Assembly (NCBI RefSeq): GCF_037042905.1
Contig: NC_087245.1
Span: 41,728,001-41,792,000 of the forward strand
DNA length: 64,000 bases
Source of the DNA: Lytechinus pictus
Lineage: Eukaryota
Direction of reading: 5' to 3'
Under the pieces are notes generated by a model that was not told the DNA's origin, searched no databases, and saw only the letters and a program-made list of their open reading frames with translations. Of this stretch, positions 12,101-27,100 are shown in pieces. Both the position numbers and the translations under genes were made by a program. Position 1 is the stretch's first letter. Each line of letters opens with the position of its first letter.

Positions 12101-15100
12101 GGGGCTGTTGACGTTCTCTCATCCACAACCCCAGACTGTGCTGTCAGAACTAGAAAGCATCCGACATGGATATGCATGGATGGGACATGACATCAAAGCA
12201 GTGGCACATGTCCGTGTCCCCCTTTTCTTAGGAGAAAATGTAATGTATAACGCAAGTGAAGACCTTCTTTTCCTTGACAATTTTTTCCTGTGCAAAATGC
12301 CCCCTCTTTTTGAAAATCCTGGATCTGCCCCTGCATCAGAGGTGTTGTGCCACCATGTGTCGGTTCATGCAGTGGCGTAGCTGTACAGGATTTAGATTGG
12401 GAGAAGTGGGCGTGGGGGCACTTGTATATATTAGGACAGTCGCGGGTTCATTTTAATGGGTCGTTGGGAAACGAGTCATTTAAGCAAAATAAATAAAAAA
12501 GACTGAATCAAAAGTTCGATTTTAATATTGTAACTTTTTGATTTCTGCTACTTCATGCAAAACAGTATATACTATAGGCCTACATTTCACAGGACACTAT
12601 GCTTTCGGCGTTTGTTAACCAAGCATGGTTTGAGGAGTTCTTGGTTTGTTCGCCAAAATCATTTTATCGTATGTTATTTCTCAATCGGGCTGAAAATTAT
12701 ATTAATGCATGCCTTTTAAAATCACAATGAACAAAGCATTGACGGATGGTGACTGTTTAAAGCATGGTTCAAGGAGTTCTTGGTTTTGTTCGCCAAAATC
12801 ATTTTATCGTATATGATTTCTCAATCGGGCTGAACATTATATTGATGCACGCCTTTTTAAATCACAATGAACAAAGCATTGACGGATGATGGCTGTTTAA
12901 ACTCTTGAATAGGACCCGTTGCCACGGTTTCAGAAATACAAGTTGCGTTTAATGTGGGGGTTTGCGTGTGATTGCAAGTTTTATTCTGAGTTTGTTGTGA
13001 CAGGTGCCATTACCATGGATAATATACGGATAATTCTTCCAATATCCCATGTACCTAATTACATGAATTATCTGACGGCTTTTTCCTATCCACAATTTCC
13101 CTTCGGTCATCATCAAACTGTGACATGGCAGAATCATTATCAGACCTTATACAAGTTATAGTAGTATATATATATATTCGGAGATTGAGTTTGTTTTAGT
13201 ATCATTTATTCATTATTCATCATTGTTGTTATTACTGTTGATATTATTATGATTATTATTTGGGGATCGATTTTTTACAATTTGGTATTTGTTTATTACT
13301 GAGCAAAATTAAGGATTTGTCTGAATATGAGATCCCCCTTAAAACACACGATATTCTGTCATCACTAAAATTATGATTGATGCTGAGAGAAACCTGAACC
13401 CATGCCATGTTCTTTGCGTGGTTCTTTGCCTCACCCAAAGAACTATGTTGTCGGACTGCATGGCCAGAGGCGGATACATGCATTTCATATTGTAGGATTC
13501 GAATCCACCCCGGCAAAAACAAAAATGATTAAAGATATGAAAGGCTCTTTCCTCCGAAATAGACGTGTGTAGGCCAGCCAGTAGTACTTACAAAAGGACA
13601 CGTACCTGCATTGTCTCATTCTTAAAATATCTTGTTTAACAATATTAAACAAACAGTGATGAATATAGGATAAAACAAAAACAACATCAAGAAGCGGTAA
13701 ACAAACAAACAAACAAATAAGAAACGGGTTATTGCTTTTGCTTCGGTGCGTTTTTATTTCAGATGGTCAAGGAAACATGCTAAACATTTGTAGGCTTACT
13801 ATATAGCTTTAAATTGCTTTCCTGCTTGTAGTTTGCGTCACACAAAATATGCCTTTGGAATATTTGAAGGGGAAGGGGGTGTGCTCAAACCCAGATTACT
13901 CCTTTATCAGCGATCTCTGTAAGTTGATAATGTCGCGATGAATGTTACGTGGGAGGGGATCATGTTAGCATATTACATTCGGCTGTGCAGGAATCATTTC
14001 AGACCTCCGTTGGAACGACCAGGTGAATGAGCTGCTCTTCAAAACCTCAACCATGCATGCATGTTGAACGAATGCTGGAAACAAGCCAAAACAATGCAAA
14101 CGAATCCATCGAAAAGTTATTTTTAAATCCGTAAATCATTTATTTTTATGTAGCATGTTTCATCAGTGTTATTAAAAAGAAAACTATTTGTTTTGGTTTC
14201 TAAAAACCCTTCTAATGCTGTTTACGATGTTTTCAAATGACACCAAGAAATATAAATATGCAACAATGCACCTTGAGTAGCTTAGTTTTAAAGGGTACAT
14301 ACATCACTGAGGCCTCGAAGCACCGACCTCTGAATAGGGGGGGGGGGTTGAGTTTAGCCCCAACTTGCATCTTCTTTAGGGGCCTACCTGCATTAAGCAC
14401 GTTCAAATGTTAACTTTTGATTTGAAAAAAAATAATAAAGTCATTATTTCCGCTCTTTTCTTAGCTGATGACTTAACATTAACAATCGCTCGCTCCCCTA
14501 CTACCGTAAATTGCATTTACCAGTATATACTCTTGTCATGTTTGTGATAGATCCCGCAAAATTCACGGGAAGGAGCATAAGAAAATATTGTTCTTCATGG
14601 TTCGTATCGTCCAAAAATGAAAATGACAGAAATCATTATTGAAGGCATGAACCAAATTAATGCGGTTGCCTTATCACAACCAATTGAAATGTGAAGTATC
14701 TATCAAACAAGGGATTTTTGTTTTCTTAATGGACATTTCTTTTCGTCAGGTCTTGACAAGTTCCCATCATTCGATGCCGTCGTATCTAACGCGACAAGAC
14801 CGACCACTCGAATTGCTTCCCACCCGCGCATCTTGAGTCGGTAAATTGCCAATTCGTCCACTGCCAACCCGTCCACTCACCACACACTGTAAAAAAAAAA
14901 CAGATTTTACAGAAAAAGAAGATTTTGCAGAAAGCAATAACGGAATAATTCTGTAAATTCATAAAACAGGAATTTTCTGCAATTTAACAGAACAGGTCTG
15001 TTTAAAAAGGGGAAAAGGGTGTTTTATTTAAGGAAATTTATAAGGTTCCATACACCAAATACAAATTTCCTGTAATTTTACATGATATAATGTAATATTA

Positions 15101-18100
15101 CGGAATCTGGTAAGATTACAGGTGTTCTCGAGACTCTGCTGCAGGAACTTTTTTTATTTTAAGGATACAATTTTCTAACAGTGCATGGTCTACCTTTATT
15201 TAGTCTAATGCCATTCCGTCCATCAATATTTCGTCTATCAACCATTTCGTCCAATAACCATATGGTCCTGTCATCACTTCGTTTAATCACCAGTTCGTCT
15301 TTGACAATTTCGTCTCATAACCAGTTGGTCTAGTATTCCTTTTATTTTCATTCATTTTACCAAATTAACACTTAGTCTAATTAGACCAAATGGTATATGG
15401 ACTAAAATGGCTATTGAACCAACTGGTTATTAGACGAAATGGCAATTAGACCATGTGGATATTGGACGAACTGATGGTAGACCGAATGATAGTAGACGAG
15501 TTGGCAATCGGACGAATTGGACCAAATAAAATAACCTTAAACTCGAATACCGGTTCACTTAAATTCTTAAAAAACATGTTTTGTTTTCGCTTTTCGTGCC
15601 ACGAATCATCAATAAAACATGACGTCAAACCCAAACGATTGAAAGAAAACAAGAGGTTACTAATCTTCACGAATGATTGACATGAAGTATAGTGCAAAGT
15701 CATGGTTTTCAGAAATGAAAGGTTGACAAATAAGTGAGTGAGTGGGTGAATTCATGGATTTGTGTATGTATTTGTTTGGTTCCTTGATGACATTTGCTCC
15801 GGCGACAATTGCTCCGCTGTAAATGCCACACACTACTGGGATGATGACCAACTTCAACCCTGCATGGATGTTACACTCTACCCTAATCCTAACCCTAAAC
15901 CTACACTGCAAAAACTCCGGTGTTGATTTAACACCAGCCCGGAATCTATATATGTCCACACCAGAGAAATATTGAAACAACACCCGTTTGGAATCAAACC
16001 GATGCTGTTTTAATACTAATTGGTGTTTGTATAAACACCTATCTGGTGTTAGACCAAAACGAAACTGGTGTTGTTTAACACTTCTCTGGTGTGGACGTAT
16101 ATAGATTCCGGGCTGGTGTTAAATCAACACCGGAGTTTTTGCAGTGTACCATAAATCCCTTTTGTCACCATAACCCTAACCCTATATCTTAGACGAAATC
16201 AAGCCCGGGGCAATTGTCGCCCTAGCAAATGTCGTGTCACCATCTGGGTTCAAGATCCAAGGTAGTATAGAGTTGAAGAAATGTGCCGAACAACTTTTAA
16301 AGGGGAAGTTCACCCTGAAGAAAACTTTGTTGTAAAAATCGCAGAAAAAATAATAAAAAATATTGGTGAAGGTTTGAGGAAAATCCGTTAAAGAGTAAGA
16401 AAGTTATTAGAGTTCAAAGTTTTGGATTTGTGACGTCATAAACGAGCTGCCCCATGTGTTATGTAATATAAAATTCATGAATTTCAAATTTTGTATGGTT
16501 CCTGATGACTTAATTTTGTTTTCTATTTATGATTGGGTGTAAAATGATTTGTCTATTGATATACAAAAGGTACAGAGAAAACCATTTTCAATTTTCTGAG
16601 AAAATGACATTTCATTGACTTTTTACCATTCGGTATTGTAGGAATGCTGCTCGCATATGACGTCACAAATCAAATAATTGAAATTCTAATAACTTTTTAA
16701 TTATTTGATGATTTTTTCTCAAACCTTCGGCAATATTTTTTATTATTTTTTCTGCTATTTTTACAATAAACTTTTTGTCGGGGTGAACTTCCCCTTTAAG
16801 AAGAGCGGGTCGGAGGCGGACATTCTGCATATCTGACATTCAAACAAAATGATGTTGATTTGATCAAAGTCTGCTCTTTGGCGGATGGGGATGGATGGGT
16901 GGCGGTCGTCTTCGCATGCGACAAGTTTTCAAATGCTCATAGTTCAAAACATTCAAAGATCTTTTGTATGTAAATCTAAGTAACCAACCACAACAGAATA
17001 GGATTTATTTCAAATTTCTGTAATTCAAAAGTGAAATCATGACCACTGAGTTTCTATTATCATCCTCCCAAATGGGAATATTTATCAGCATCTGTCTACC
17101 ATACTTTGCTCACAGTACAATCTCCCATTACCATGGTAACGTTCCCCGAGTAGTTCCATTTATACTCACCAGTATGATATTAAAAAGAAATGAAAAAAAA
17201 AGACTATCAGACTGTAAAGAATCCAAGAACCTATGCAATAAGGGCTTACAATATCCGACCTATGAACATATCATCGGATCATTGCACAAGTCTCTCTTCG
17301 GTTTTCCGGTAGTATCCGGACATTTTACAACAAAACCATGAAAAGAATATAACAAAACTACCCCCCTTGGCAATGGCTTGAATTTCCCCCGGGCTTAAAA
17401 AAATATATAGAAATTCAAAACAAAGATATTGATTTCATTGAAATAGAAAGAAAATATTGCGTTTATCGTATTGATAAGTTATGCCTTATCTCGGTGAGAT
17501 AGACGAAATGACGAACATACAATACATATCCACAACTGAAAAGTGAACACAAATAAAGTAAATATAGAGGCAACACAAATGTATATATACAAACAGACCA
17601 GACACTAACTTTCACACATTGTTTTATTTTATTTTTTACACATTTTTAATTTTCTTACATTTATACTGTTTTTTTTTAATATTTTTTTTTTACATCGCAT
17701 AGGTACAAGATTTTAGGGTGTTGGTATACGTGAGAAATTGCAGTCCCCTTTCTCATGGTAATAGGTGGATATATAATAGTACAGTGGTCGGAGGGAGGGG
17801 GGGGGGGGCTGCACGTAATTAGATCTGATTTCTTAGATTTTCATGTTTCAGTGAAATAATGCACTTTGTATAGACTCACATCACACCGAGGAGCAAATTT
17901 TAGCCTCTCGTATATACTGATTGTCCTGATGATGTCCCCTGTTGCAGACTGGTGTTGAAAGACCATGTCAATTCTCGCCATAATTACCCGCTCGGACACT
18001 CTGAATGGGTGACCCGTCCCCAATACGACTATTCCAAAAAATCAAATTATGACGTACATGTATAATGTACTTGACAGAAATGCGTGGTTAAGGTCAACCC

Positions 18101-21100
18101 TCCGTGCTGATTTTTGGAGAAGGTCACCAATTATGGTAATGTGGTTTATTAGCATGGTGCCAAGCTCAAAAGTCCTGTCAAATTGGACGATTCTTTGTTT
18201 TAGAATGTCTGGTTCTTTTGTTCATTTCGAAAATTTGCAGGCGATATCGCTCTCATGGTGTTGTGGTCGCTCTGTTTTGGGGTAAAGTTGTTTGGTCGGG
18301 TGATGTTTACGTTTTGAAAAGAAAGTGACATGTAACAATGAAACTTTGAGATCTCGTAAGACTCGATCTCAGACGGCAAATCCTGTGGGTTTGAAGTCCC
18401 AGTTTTTCCGCTTTATTAACTTGTGAAACTCTTATTTTTTTTGGTCTACACTTAAGAATAATATTTAGCTTGGTTAGGGGCCAATTTTGCTTTCATCAGA
18501 GGGCAATTCATCTTGCTGCAATCAAAATGATACAGTCCAGCTTTACTTGACAATAAATTTACTTGACAGCTGAAACACTCAGCAATACTTTCTACCCTGG
18601 CCGCGTAACACCAAGCCTAGCGATCGATCGTTGGACTGATGTTTTACGACTGATCATACACAATAATCAATGCAATCAATCCTTAAATCTATCTTTACGA
18701 TCAATCGCTCAGCTTTATGTTAAGGGGGCCCGGTGTGTCAATGGCTTCCAATAATTATCACCAATTCGCAAAATGCCCCAGAGAGAGAGAAATTGTTTAT
18801 TATTCTGGGTCTCCGAGAAGAAATTATTCGCTTTTACTCTGGTCAATTTCAATTTATTGAAGGTGAGGAAAAAATGAATATTGCGTGCTACACATTTTTT
18901 TCTTCTCACGTCATGTGATTTTCATGTTCGTGCATGAGCAGTGTAGGAGGCAAATATCAATTTTGAAATAGATATTGACACAAATATAAAAACCATAATA
19001 TTCCACCATTTTCCCTTTCTTGTATTTATGTGCCTCAGTTTTTTTTTTCGGGGAGGGGGGGTCGTGGAAATTTTGGATTCCAATACCCCCAAGTCCCCTA
19101 TATACCTGATATATGCCAGAGAGGCTGGGCTAGTCCATTCCTATAATCTACTCATCAAATAATATAGATTTGTAAATCAACCAAAAAACCTATGTGCAGT
19201 TGTGTGATTGATTTTGTGTCCGACCAACATTACAAGTAGAAAAAGAAAATTATTGCCAAACTTAGTACAACATATTATTAGTACCAAATCATTGGTTAAA
19301 ATTACTAGAATTGTCGGACACATTGACCAACGGATTCGTATATTTGACCAGATCTTTTTAAGAGTATTATCGGCCTTGGTGTGGCTTAGATTAGGATGGT
19401 TGTATTTTAGTTTTAGGTCAGGGCTATCATGAAGATTCTGCATTCATGATTGGGGCTTTTGCGTGAGGTTTCTTGTGACAATTAGTGCCAGGAATTACCA
19501 CTGATCAACGTGTGTCCCGACTGGCATTGTGAAACCACGATTTTTATGATATTGGTCCATCGCGGTCAATGTTATGACCCGACTTCCCTTCAAGATGATG
19601 ATCTGACCATATGATTTGATGATAAATTATGGTCAATATCAGGGTCCGACACCTTGTAATTGACGATAATTAGGCCAAGGGTCAATGTAATAATTCTTCA
19701 TTCATACCGTTGAAAATAGTCTTCTTCTAGACTCAATTTGCCGAGGGGGGGGGGGGGGTTATTTGCCGACAGTACACCAATCCGAGTGAACGTGCAATCC
19801 CGAGAACAAAATAATACCCCCGAAAACACTTCTAGCGGAAAAATCGCCCTGACAAAAAGTTTATTGTAAAATAGCAGAAAAATAATGAAAAATATTGCCG
19901 AAGGTTTGAGAAAAAGATCCATCAAAGAAATAAAAAGTTATTATAATTTCAATTATTTGATTTGTGAAGTGACATGCGAGCAGCATTCCTCCCGCATAGC
20001 GAATGGTATTAACAAGTTTCTCAGAAAATTGAAAATGGTTTTTACTGTACCTTTTGTTTAAAATATGAAATTCATGCATTTTCTGTTACACAACATATGG
20101 GGCAGCTGCTCGTTTATGACGTCACAAATCAAAAATTTAACATTATAATAACTTTTTTAATCTTTAACGGATTTTCCACAAACCTTCACCAATATTTATT
20201 ATTATTTTGCTGCTATTTTTACAACAACATTTTCTTTAAGTAAACTTCCCCTTTAAACCGAGAATTGTTTTTCCTCTGGCCTCTGGTCGTTCACAGCGAA
20301 TAAGGAATCCAGTATTAATGGAGTCTAGAACGAGACTAAGGCGAAACCGACTCCAGACCGATAAAAGCTTATTATACGTTACCATCACTGACATACCATC
20401 GGTCGATTTCGCTGGTGTGATCGCCTGACCAGGAATCCCCTGTACCGATCTGACATTTTGGGTGCCATTCTGATCTCCTTGAAACTCATAAAAGTCCGAC
20501 ATGATATAGTAGTGATAGGGACATGGATGAAAGGCGGTCAAGATTGTAGTGATGTCCACCTTGACCATAACATTTATCACCGATGTCGTCTTGACCATCA
20601 CACCTGCCATGCGTACATCAATGATGAAGGAATAAAAAACTAGTCTGCAGGCTCAAACCCTGATTGAAACTTCAGTCAACAAGTGGGTCTTCACACAAAG
20701 ACTAGCACATTATGAAACATGCCGTTTCAGTTCAGGACACACGTTATCGGCTCGAGTGACGGGTTCGGATAGCAGACGACAAGAACATCGTGAATACACT
20801 GAAATCGCTGATCAGAGATGTAGTCCGGGGGGCGAAATTATTTTTCCCACCGAGTTCTGGACCGACATATGAATATTCATGACTTGCGTCTTCGGATTGA
20901 GAGTACGCATGCGCGTGGACTTTGCCTCGACCAGTGCCGATCGTAAGCATTCACGTTGCTCAGAATGAATTAGCATCGTCAAATTTCCGGTACCCTTACA
21001 TAGTTACATAGGCCTTATAGGCTTAGATCTATATATACATCAAATTCTTAAACACTTATCAAACTAGCTGCCATTAATGGCAAGACATGTGCTAGGGTAG

Positions 21101-24100
21101 GGCTAGCTTAGGCTAGCGCATTAACTTTACCTCAAATCTGGACCTGTCTAATTAATGCCTAGTACTAATCAGTGTTGTAGTGCCTTGATGCTCGGCCTTG
21201 GCCTTAAGGCGCCTTAATGCCTAGCTACTTATTCAAAGCCTTGGCCTTGAGAGGGCCTTGGCCTTGAGGATTTTGAGCCTTGAAATTTTAAGGCATTTTC
21301 AAGGCTTTCAAGGCATTTTGTATTTTGTACTTTCATTTGTTTTAAATAAGTAATTATAAATGTTTCAATTGTTTTTTTAAATATATTTAATAACACTAAT
21401 GGTCAATACTACCAATCACCAGTAACAGTAGCAGCAGCAGTAGTAAGTGTACTAGCAGTGTCATCAATTGTAATTGTCACCATTATCAAGAAATTCAAAC
21501 AAAGAATACATCAGTTATGAAAAATAGCATTATGTATTGGTAATGTGTTGTAATCATATGATGATAATGACAGTAAATAATAATGGTCATGATCAAGATA
21601 ATAGTGCTTTGATGACAAGAATAATTTTTTCATCTGACTGCAATTTTGATAACAATTTTCATACTTTAAACATAGCTAACTCTAAAGAACGATAACAAGG
21701 TTGATTTCTATTCCATTAGGATTTTCCTTGTATTATTTTCTTTGGCCAACAAGAATGTTTTAAGTCTTAATGATATTCTGAAAAGATTTGGTAAACTTGA
21801 ACACAGTCTCCAATTTTGTCATATCCAAATGGGTTATGTCAATGGCATGATGAGCCAGAAACTTTGAGGGGCCAAGCATGGCATATATAAAGCAAAATTT
21901 CTGTCAAAAAAAAGAAGAAAGCGATTGAAGCGAGCGAGTGAACAAAATTTGTCCCCCTCTTTCTATAAGAAAAGCTAATTTTGCAATAGATTGTTTAAAA
22001 AAATAATATCACATTTACTCCATCTTTTCCTTTCCCTTTCCCCCCTTGTCTAAGTTTATTCTTGGTGGTGGGACTTCTTCTTCTCTATATCTCTCTTCTA
22101 AATTTTATATTTGTTTTGGGTCAGATTGACAAAACAAAGGGGAAAAAAATGTTTACTTCTTTTTAATCATATATCGTTCAAAATTGAATCTCATTTCTTT
22201 ACAGTTTCAAGGAAATAAACAACGTATTTGTTTTTGTGTCAATATGGTTTCAATAAATAATAATTAACAAAAAATAATTTAAAAATTAATAATTATTAAT
22301 ATTATCAATAAGTATTAATAATTAATGATTAATTAACTGTTTAATAAAAGTGGTTGTAAGCAGAGAAAAATATGAAAACTGACAAGAGTCCTAAAAATGA
22401 CTCATTTTCAGTTTAAGCATTTGAAAATTTTAGCCTGCGCTTTGTGCTCTCTTGCCCCCCCCCCCCCAAAAAAAAAAGAAATATGCCCTTTTTAGAAAAG
22501 AAATACCTTCTTTGATAATAAAACATAATACATTTTAGGTTCGAAAATCACAGATTTTGAATCGTGCTTGCATCAATTATTGTTTAGTACAGTACTGCTA
22601 ATGGTTACAAAAATGTATAGAATGTTGCTTTATGGTTGAAATATCACAAATATTTGGCTCGCTTCCTGCACTCGCATCAATTATTGTACTCGTTCTCTTC
22701 CCGTTCACAAAAAATGCTTAGAATGTCCAGTTTTCAGGTTGGAATATCACAAATTTTTGAGCTCGCGCTTTGCGCTCGCATTATTTTTTATTGGTGAGTT
22801 ATGTATCTTATTTAAAATGCAGTAATTACTGCTTAATTAACTGCTTCCTTTACTGGTCAGTATATAAAAAGAATTAGCGAGCGCAAAGTTATTTTTTAGT
22901 TAGATACACATCTTTTTCATGATTACAAAACCAGCTCAGAATAAAATAATTTCCATGTCTTATTACACGACATGTCAATAAGTTTGAGCTGGTGATTCGC
23001 GCTGGCAACATCGCGCAAGGAAATTTCAACAATGATTAGCCCCATAATTGACCATAAATCAAGTTTTACAACATCAGAATTGATTTTTTTTTCAAAACCG
23101 CTTGCTCGCTATGCTTTCTCGCTGAGAAGTAAAACCTAAAGCAAAATATCTATCTTATAATTAAAAATCACTTTAGAAAGCCTTTGCTCAACTTAATTTT
23201 TATAAAACACACAATTACTTCACGCAGTTCATAATCTCATTTTGAAAATACATGTATCTGTTTGCACAAAAAACTAATTTTGATAAATGGGTGCCTTTTT
23301 GGCGTTGACCCCCCCCCCCCCATAATAATATTCTGCTGCCCCTGTCCCAGGGAGTGGAGAAAAACATACGTTGAGAATGCCAGGATCAGATGACCGTGGT
23401 AATAATAATTATTGCAATGTAAAGCGCCTATAGAAAAATTATGGATTATGTGTACACAGGTAACTATATCATTATTTTAATATGTCTCTATCATGAAATT
23501 ATAGCTTATTTGCCATGGTTTAATATGTCTAGTCCGTATACAAAACCAGTCCTAGATCTAAAAAAAGTTATCTTAGTTCTAGTCTAGTCTCTATATCTAG
23601 ACTCTGATCTACGCTGTATCAGCATGGAACCACTAGTGTACCAAGGGGGGGGGGAAGACTGTCCCTCTGACGAGTCACAACTGATTCAGGGGACGTGCCC
23701 CCTTTGAGAAGCCATATTAATAATTTGTAAATTTTTTTTAACGTGAAGATCTTTTTTTTTTTTTTTTGCTCGTCATTTTTTTTTTCAGCCAAGAAATCCA
23801 TAATTTGGGGCGAAGACTCCTTTTTTTTTTTTTGGGGGGGGGGGGCTTGTCACATTTTTTCGCGGACGAAATATCCTCTAAAAAATTTGCACCCCTTTTG
23901 GAAAATCCTAGGTACACCAGTGCGTGCATGGAACGTATTCTAACGTCAGGCACAAATTAACGTCAGTGATCTTGATCCCCGTCTTCACCCAAAATTAAGG
24001 ATTTCGTAGCTGAAAAAAATTTGACAAGAAAAAAAAAAAATCTTCACGTTCAAAAGAGGGGACATACGTCTTTTTTCGTTGCATTTTGACATTACAAATT

Positions 24101-27100
24101 ATTAATTTGGCTTCTCAAGGGGGGGGGGGCACGTCCCCTGGATCAGTTGTGACTCGTCAGGGGGGCATTCTGCCCCCCCCCCCCCTTTGGTACACTAGTA
24201 GTGGTTCCATGCTGATAGCGCGTAGATCAGAGTCTAGATCTAGAGACTAGACTAGAACTAAGATATTTATTTTAGATCTAGGACTGGTTCTGTATACGGA
24301 CTAGACATATTAAACCATGGTAAATAAGCTAATATTGGTCCAAACCTAATCAAACGTAAAGTTCGGAATTAACAAGTTCGAAGTTAACCATGGCATTAGT
24401 AGGCTATTCCGATTAGTATTAGGCATTAGACAGGTCCAGATTTGAGGTAAAGTTAATGCGCTAGCCTAAGCTAGCCCTACCCTAGCACATGTCTTGCCAT
24501 TAATGGCAGCTAGTTTGATAAGTGTTTAAGAATTGGATGTATATATAGATCTAAGCCTATAAGGCCTATGTAACTATGTAAGGGTACCGGTAATTTGACG
24601 ATGCTAATTCATTCTGAGCAACGTGAATGCTTACGATCGGCACTGGTCGAGGCAAAGTCCACGCGCATGCGTACTCTCAATCCGAAGACGCAAGTCATGA
24701 ATATTCATATGTCGGTCCAGAACTCGGTGGGAAAAATAATTTCGCGTCCGGCGGGGGGGGCACTCGGATTTGGAAAGGGTAGAGGCACTGACTTACAGAT
24801 GGGGGTTGTGCTTTTTCACGACCAAGCAAAAAAAAGAGACAAGGAAAGGGATTAGGGTGAAATATGATATCATTTTCTGGATATTATGTCAAAATCTATC
24901 ACAAACTTGTATTTTTGTAATAAAAATGTCAAAATTTTTGCTCGCTTCGCTCGCTCGCAACATTAAAAAAAAATTACGTGATACGCCAGATCGAGCCCCC
25001 TCAAAATTTTTGGCTCATTACGCCACGGGGTAAGAGAGTGTGGCCCCAAAATCTGAAACCATACCCTTACTGAATGTGCTTATGAACCGAGGGGGTTAAA
25101 GCCCTCTGCGAATGAGAGTGTTTGGGGCCGATTGGGATCATGGAATGGGGGTCTTGTGGACTGACGCCTGAAACGAGGGTCTTAGAACTCTCCTATGAAA
25201 TGAAAACGAGTCTTGCGAACTGACTACTCACTGTTGGTCAATGCAAAAGGGTGAAAATGGTACGCTATATAAGGGGGAAGTTCCGGACGTCGAAAGCCAA
25301 AACACGGATATACCCGTCAATCCCCAATACGCTCGAAATGTACAGTATAGACGTCCCCCTAATTTCATATACTGGCAGTTGGCATATGAATCAATTTAAC
25401 TAAAAATTTTTTTTTCATCAATCTCAATTGTAATAAAGTAGAAATTTAATACCATGGCAAACAAATTCAATGTGACCTCCGTTCAATTGATTTATATGAG
25501 CGTGCTTGAAGTCGAGCAGTGTGATATGTTCGAATATGTTATTGATGGGAAAATATTGGTCGTATGTTATTTTCATTCCATATATAACATAAATAACCCA
25601 AAGCCGGAGCTTGAAATTGAATCTCCAATCGAATAAAGGATTGCGTTATTTCCTTTTGAATGTAAATTTATTCCAGACGAAGTATGATTGGTGCAATAGT
25701 ATACATGGTATAGGTTCATTGAATTAAATATTATGTTACAGTATTTTTGTGTGAAACCGCTGTATACGTGAGGAGCTTAAACTTCCGTTGTCTCATTGCT
25801 TGCATAACTTATTTTTGAAATCATGAACGATTGGAAAAGTCTGCTACAGCCCCGAGGTTTTCTGTGATTCTTCTCCCATGCATCATTCATTAAGATCAAA
25901 TTGATTGCTTTATGGGTATACTCAAAACCATTAAAACGCTTACTATTTCGAATCGTCGATATGTGATTAAATCCACTTTCTCCCACCGCATCGTTTGGTT
26001 TGCGGTTTAAATGACAATTTCCTTCATATTTGCACGACTCTTTGTTCAAAATATTCAAGTGCATGCATCTAATGAAAGTAATTTTTCCTATATACCCATA
26101 ATTTCCTGTGCATGCATGTGGCGAAGTGGATGAATGTTCAGACATTTTGAATGAAGATCTTCTAAACCGTCGCATTTCCGTAGTAATCTTTTCAAATCTC
26201 CTCCGAATTCGGAATGATTTTTCCTCTCATCCATGACTCATGCCACGTATGTGGGTGCAGTTTGTTGCCATGGAAACTGGTCTTGCTGCGACGAGTGCAC
26301 CTGGTCTCTTTTCTCGGCTTCCCGCGAATTCTTTTTCTTTAATTATCGAAAAATCAGATCACCTGTTTTCTTGTTTCAGACGTTGAAAACAGGCTTGGGC
26401 ATGGCATATATTGGTTAAGGCATTGAATGATCCGTTGAATATTAGAAAATGGTGAGGTATTGTGCCACACCCATGCAGCTCAGGTGAGGTAAATGGTTTT
26501 ATGTCACAAATGTATTTATTGTAGTTGTAGAAGCGGTTTTCGCTTAAACCGAGGCGATGATTATGGAACGCCAGCAGGGTCATATTTGACAGACACAGAA
26601 GCGATACGTAATCTTATTCTCGTTCTTCCTCATATTCTCCTCCTACATTACCACTATTATCTTTATTGTTTTTTTTTTACTATTTTTATTCTTAATAAGT
26701 ATCATCATTATTTTTTAGTTGGTTTGGAGGTGTTTGGAACGTTTTGAAAACATATTCATCAGTTTCATAGATACTAATGAAGTTTTGTCTTTGTCTTTGA
26801 TAAAGGCAGGAAGACTGAAACATGTCGTAGTCACATTCCTGTGGTCATTGCAATCCAGCTTATTCAATAATCTTTTCAATACAGTCACACCAATGAAACT
26901 GACTCCAAACCGACCGATGGTATGTCATTTGTAATAACGTAATAGCTTTGATCGGTCTGGTGTCGGTTTCCCCTGTCCGAATGTAGCACATTTTACTTCG
27001 CTGTGCGCACCCCATGCCATGTCAAGAATGTTCCCCTCAGAATGCACTTTTCTAAGATCACATTTCATCTTAAAATCGGAGAGACATCTCTTTTAAAATT

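Noticed and set aside
11748..12380. 210-aa ORF
   Set aside because: Runs across several MITE fragments, non-ATG start, no recognisable domain.
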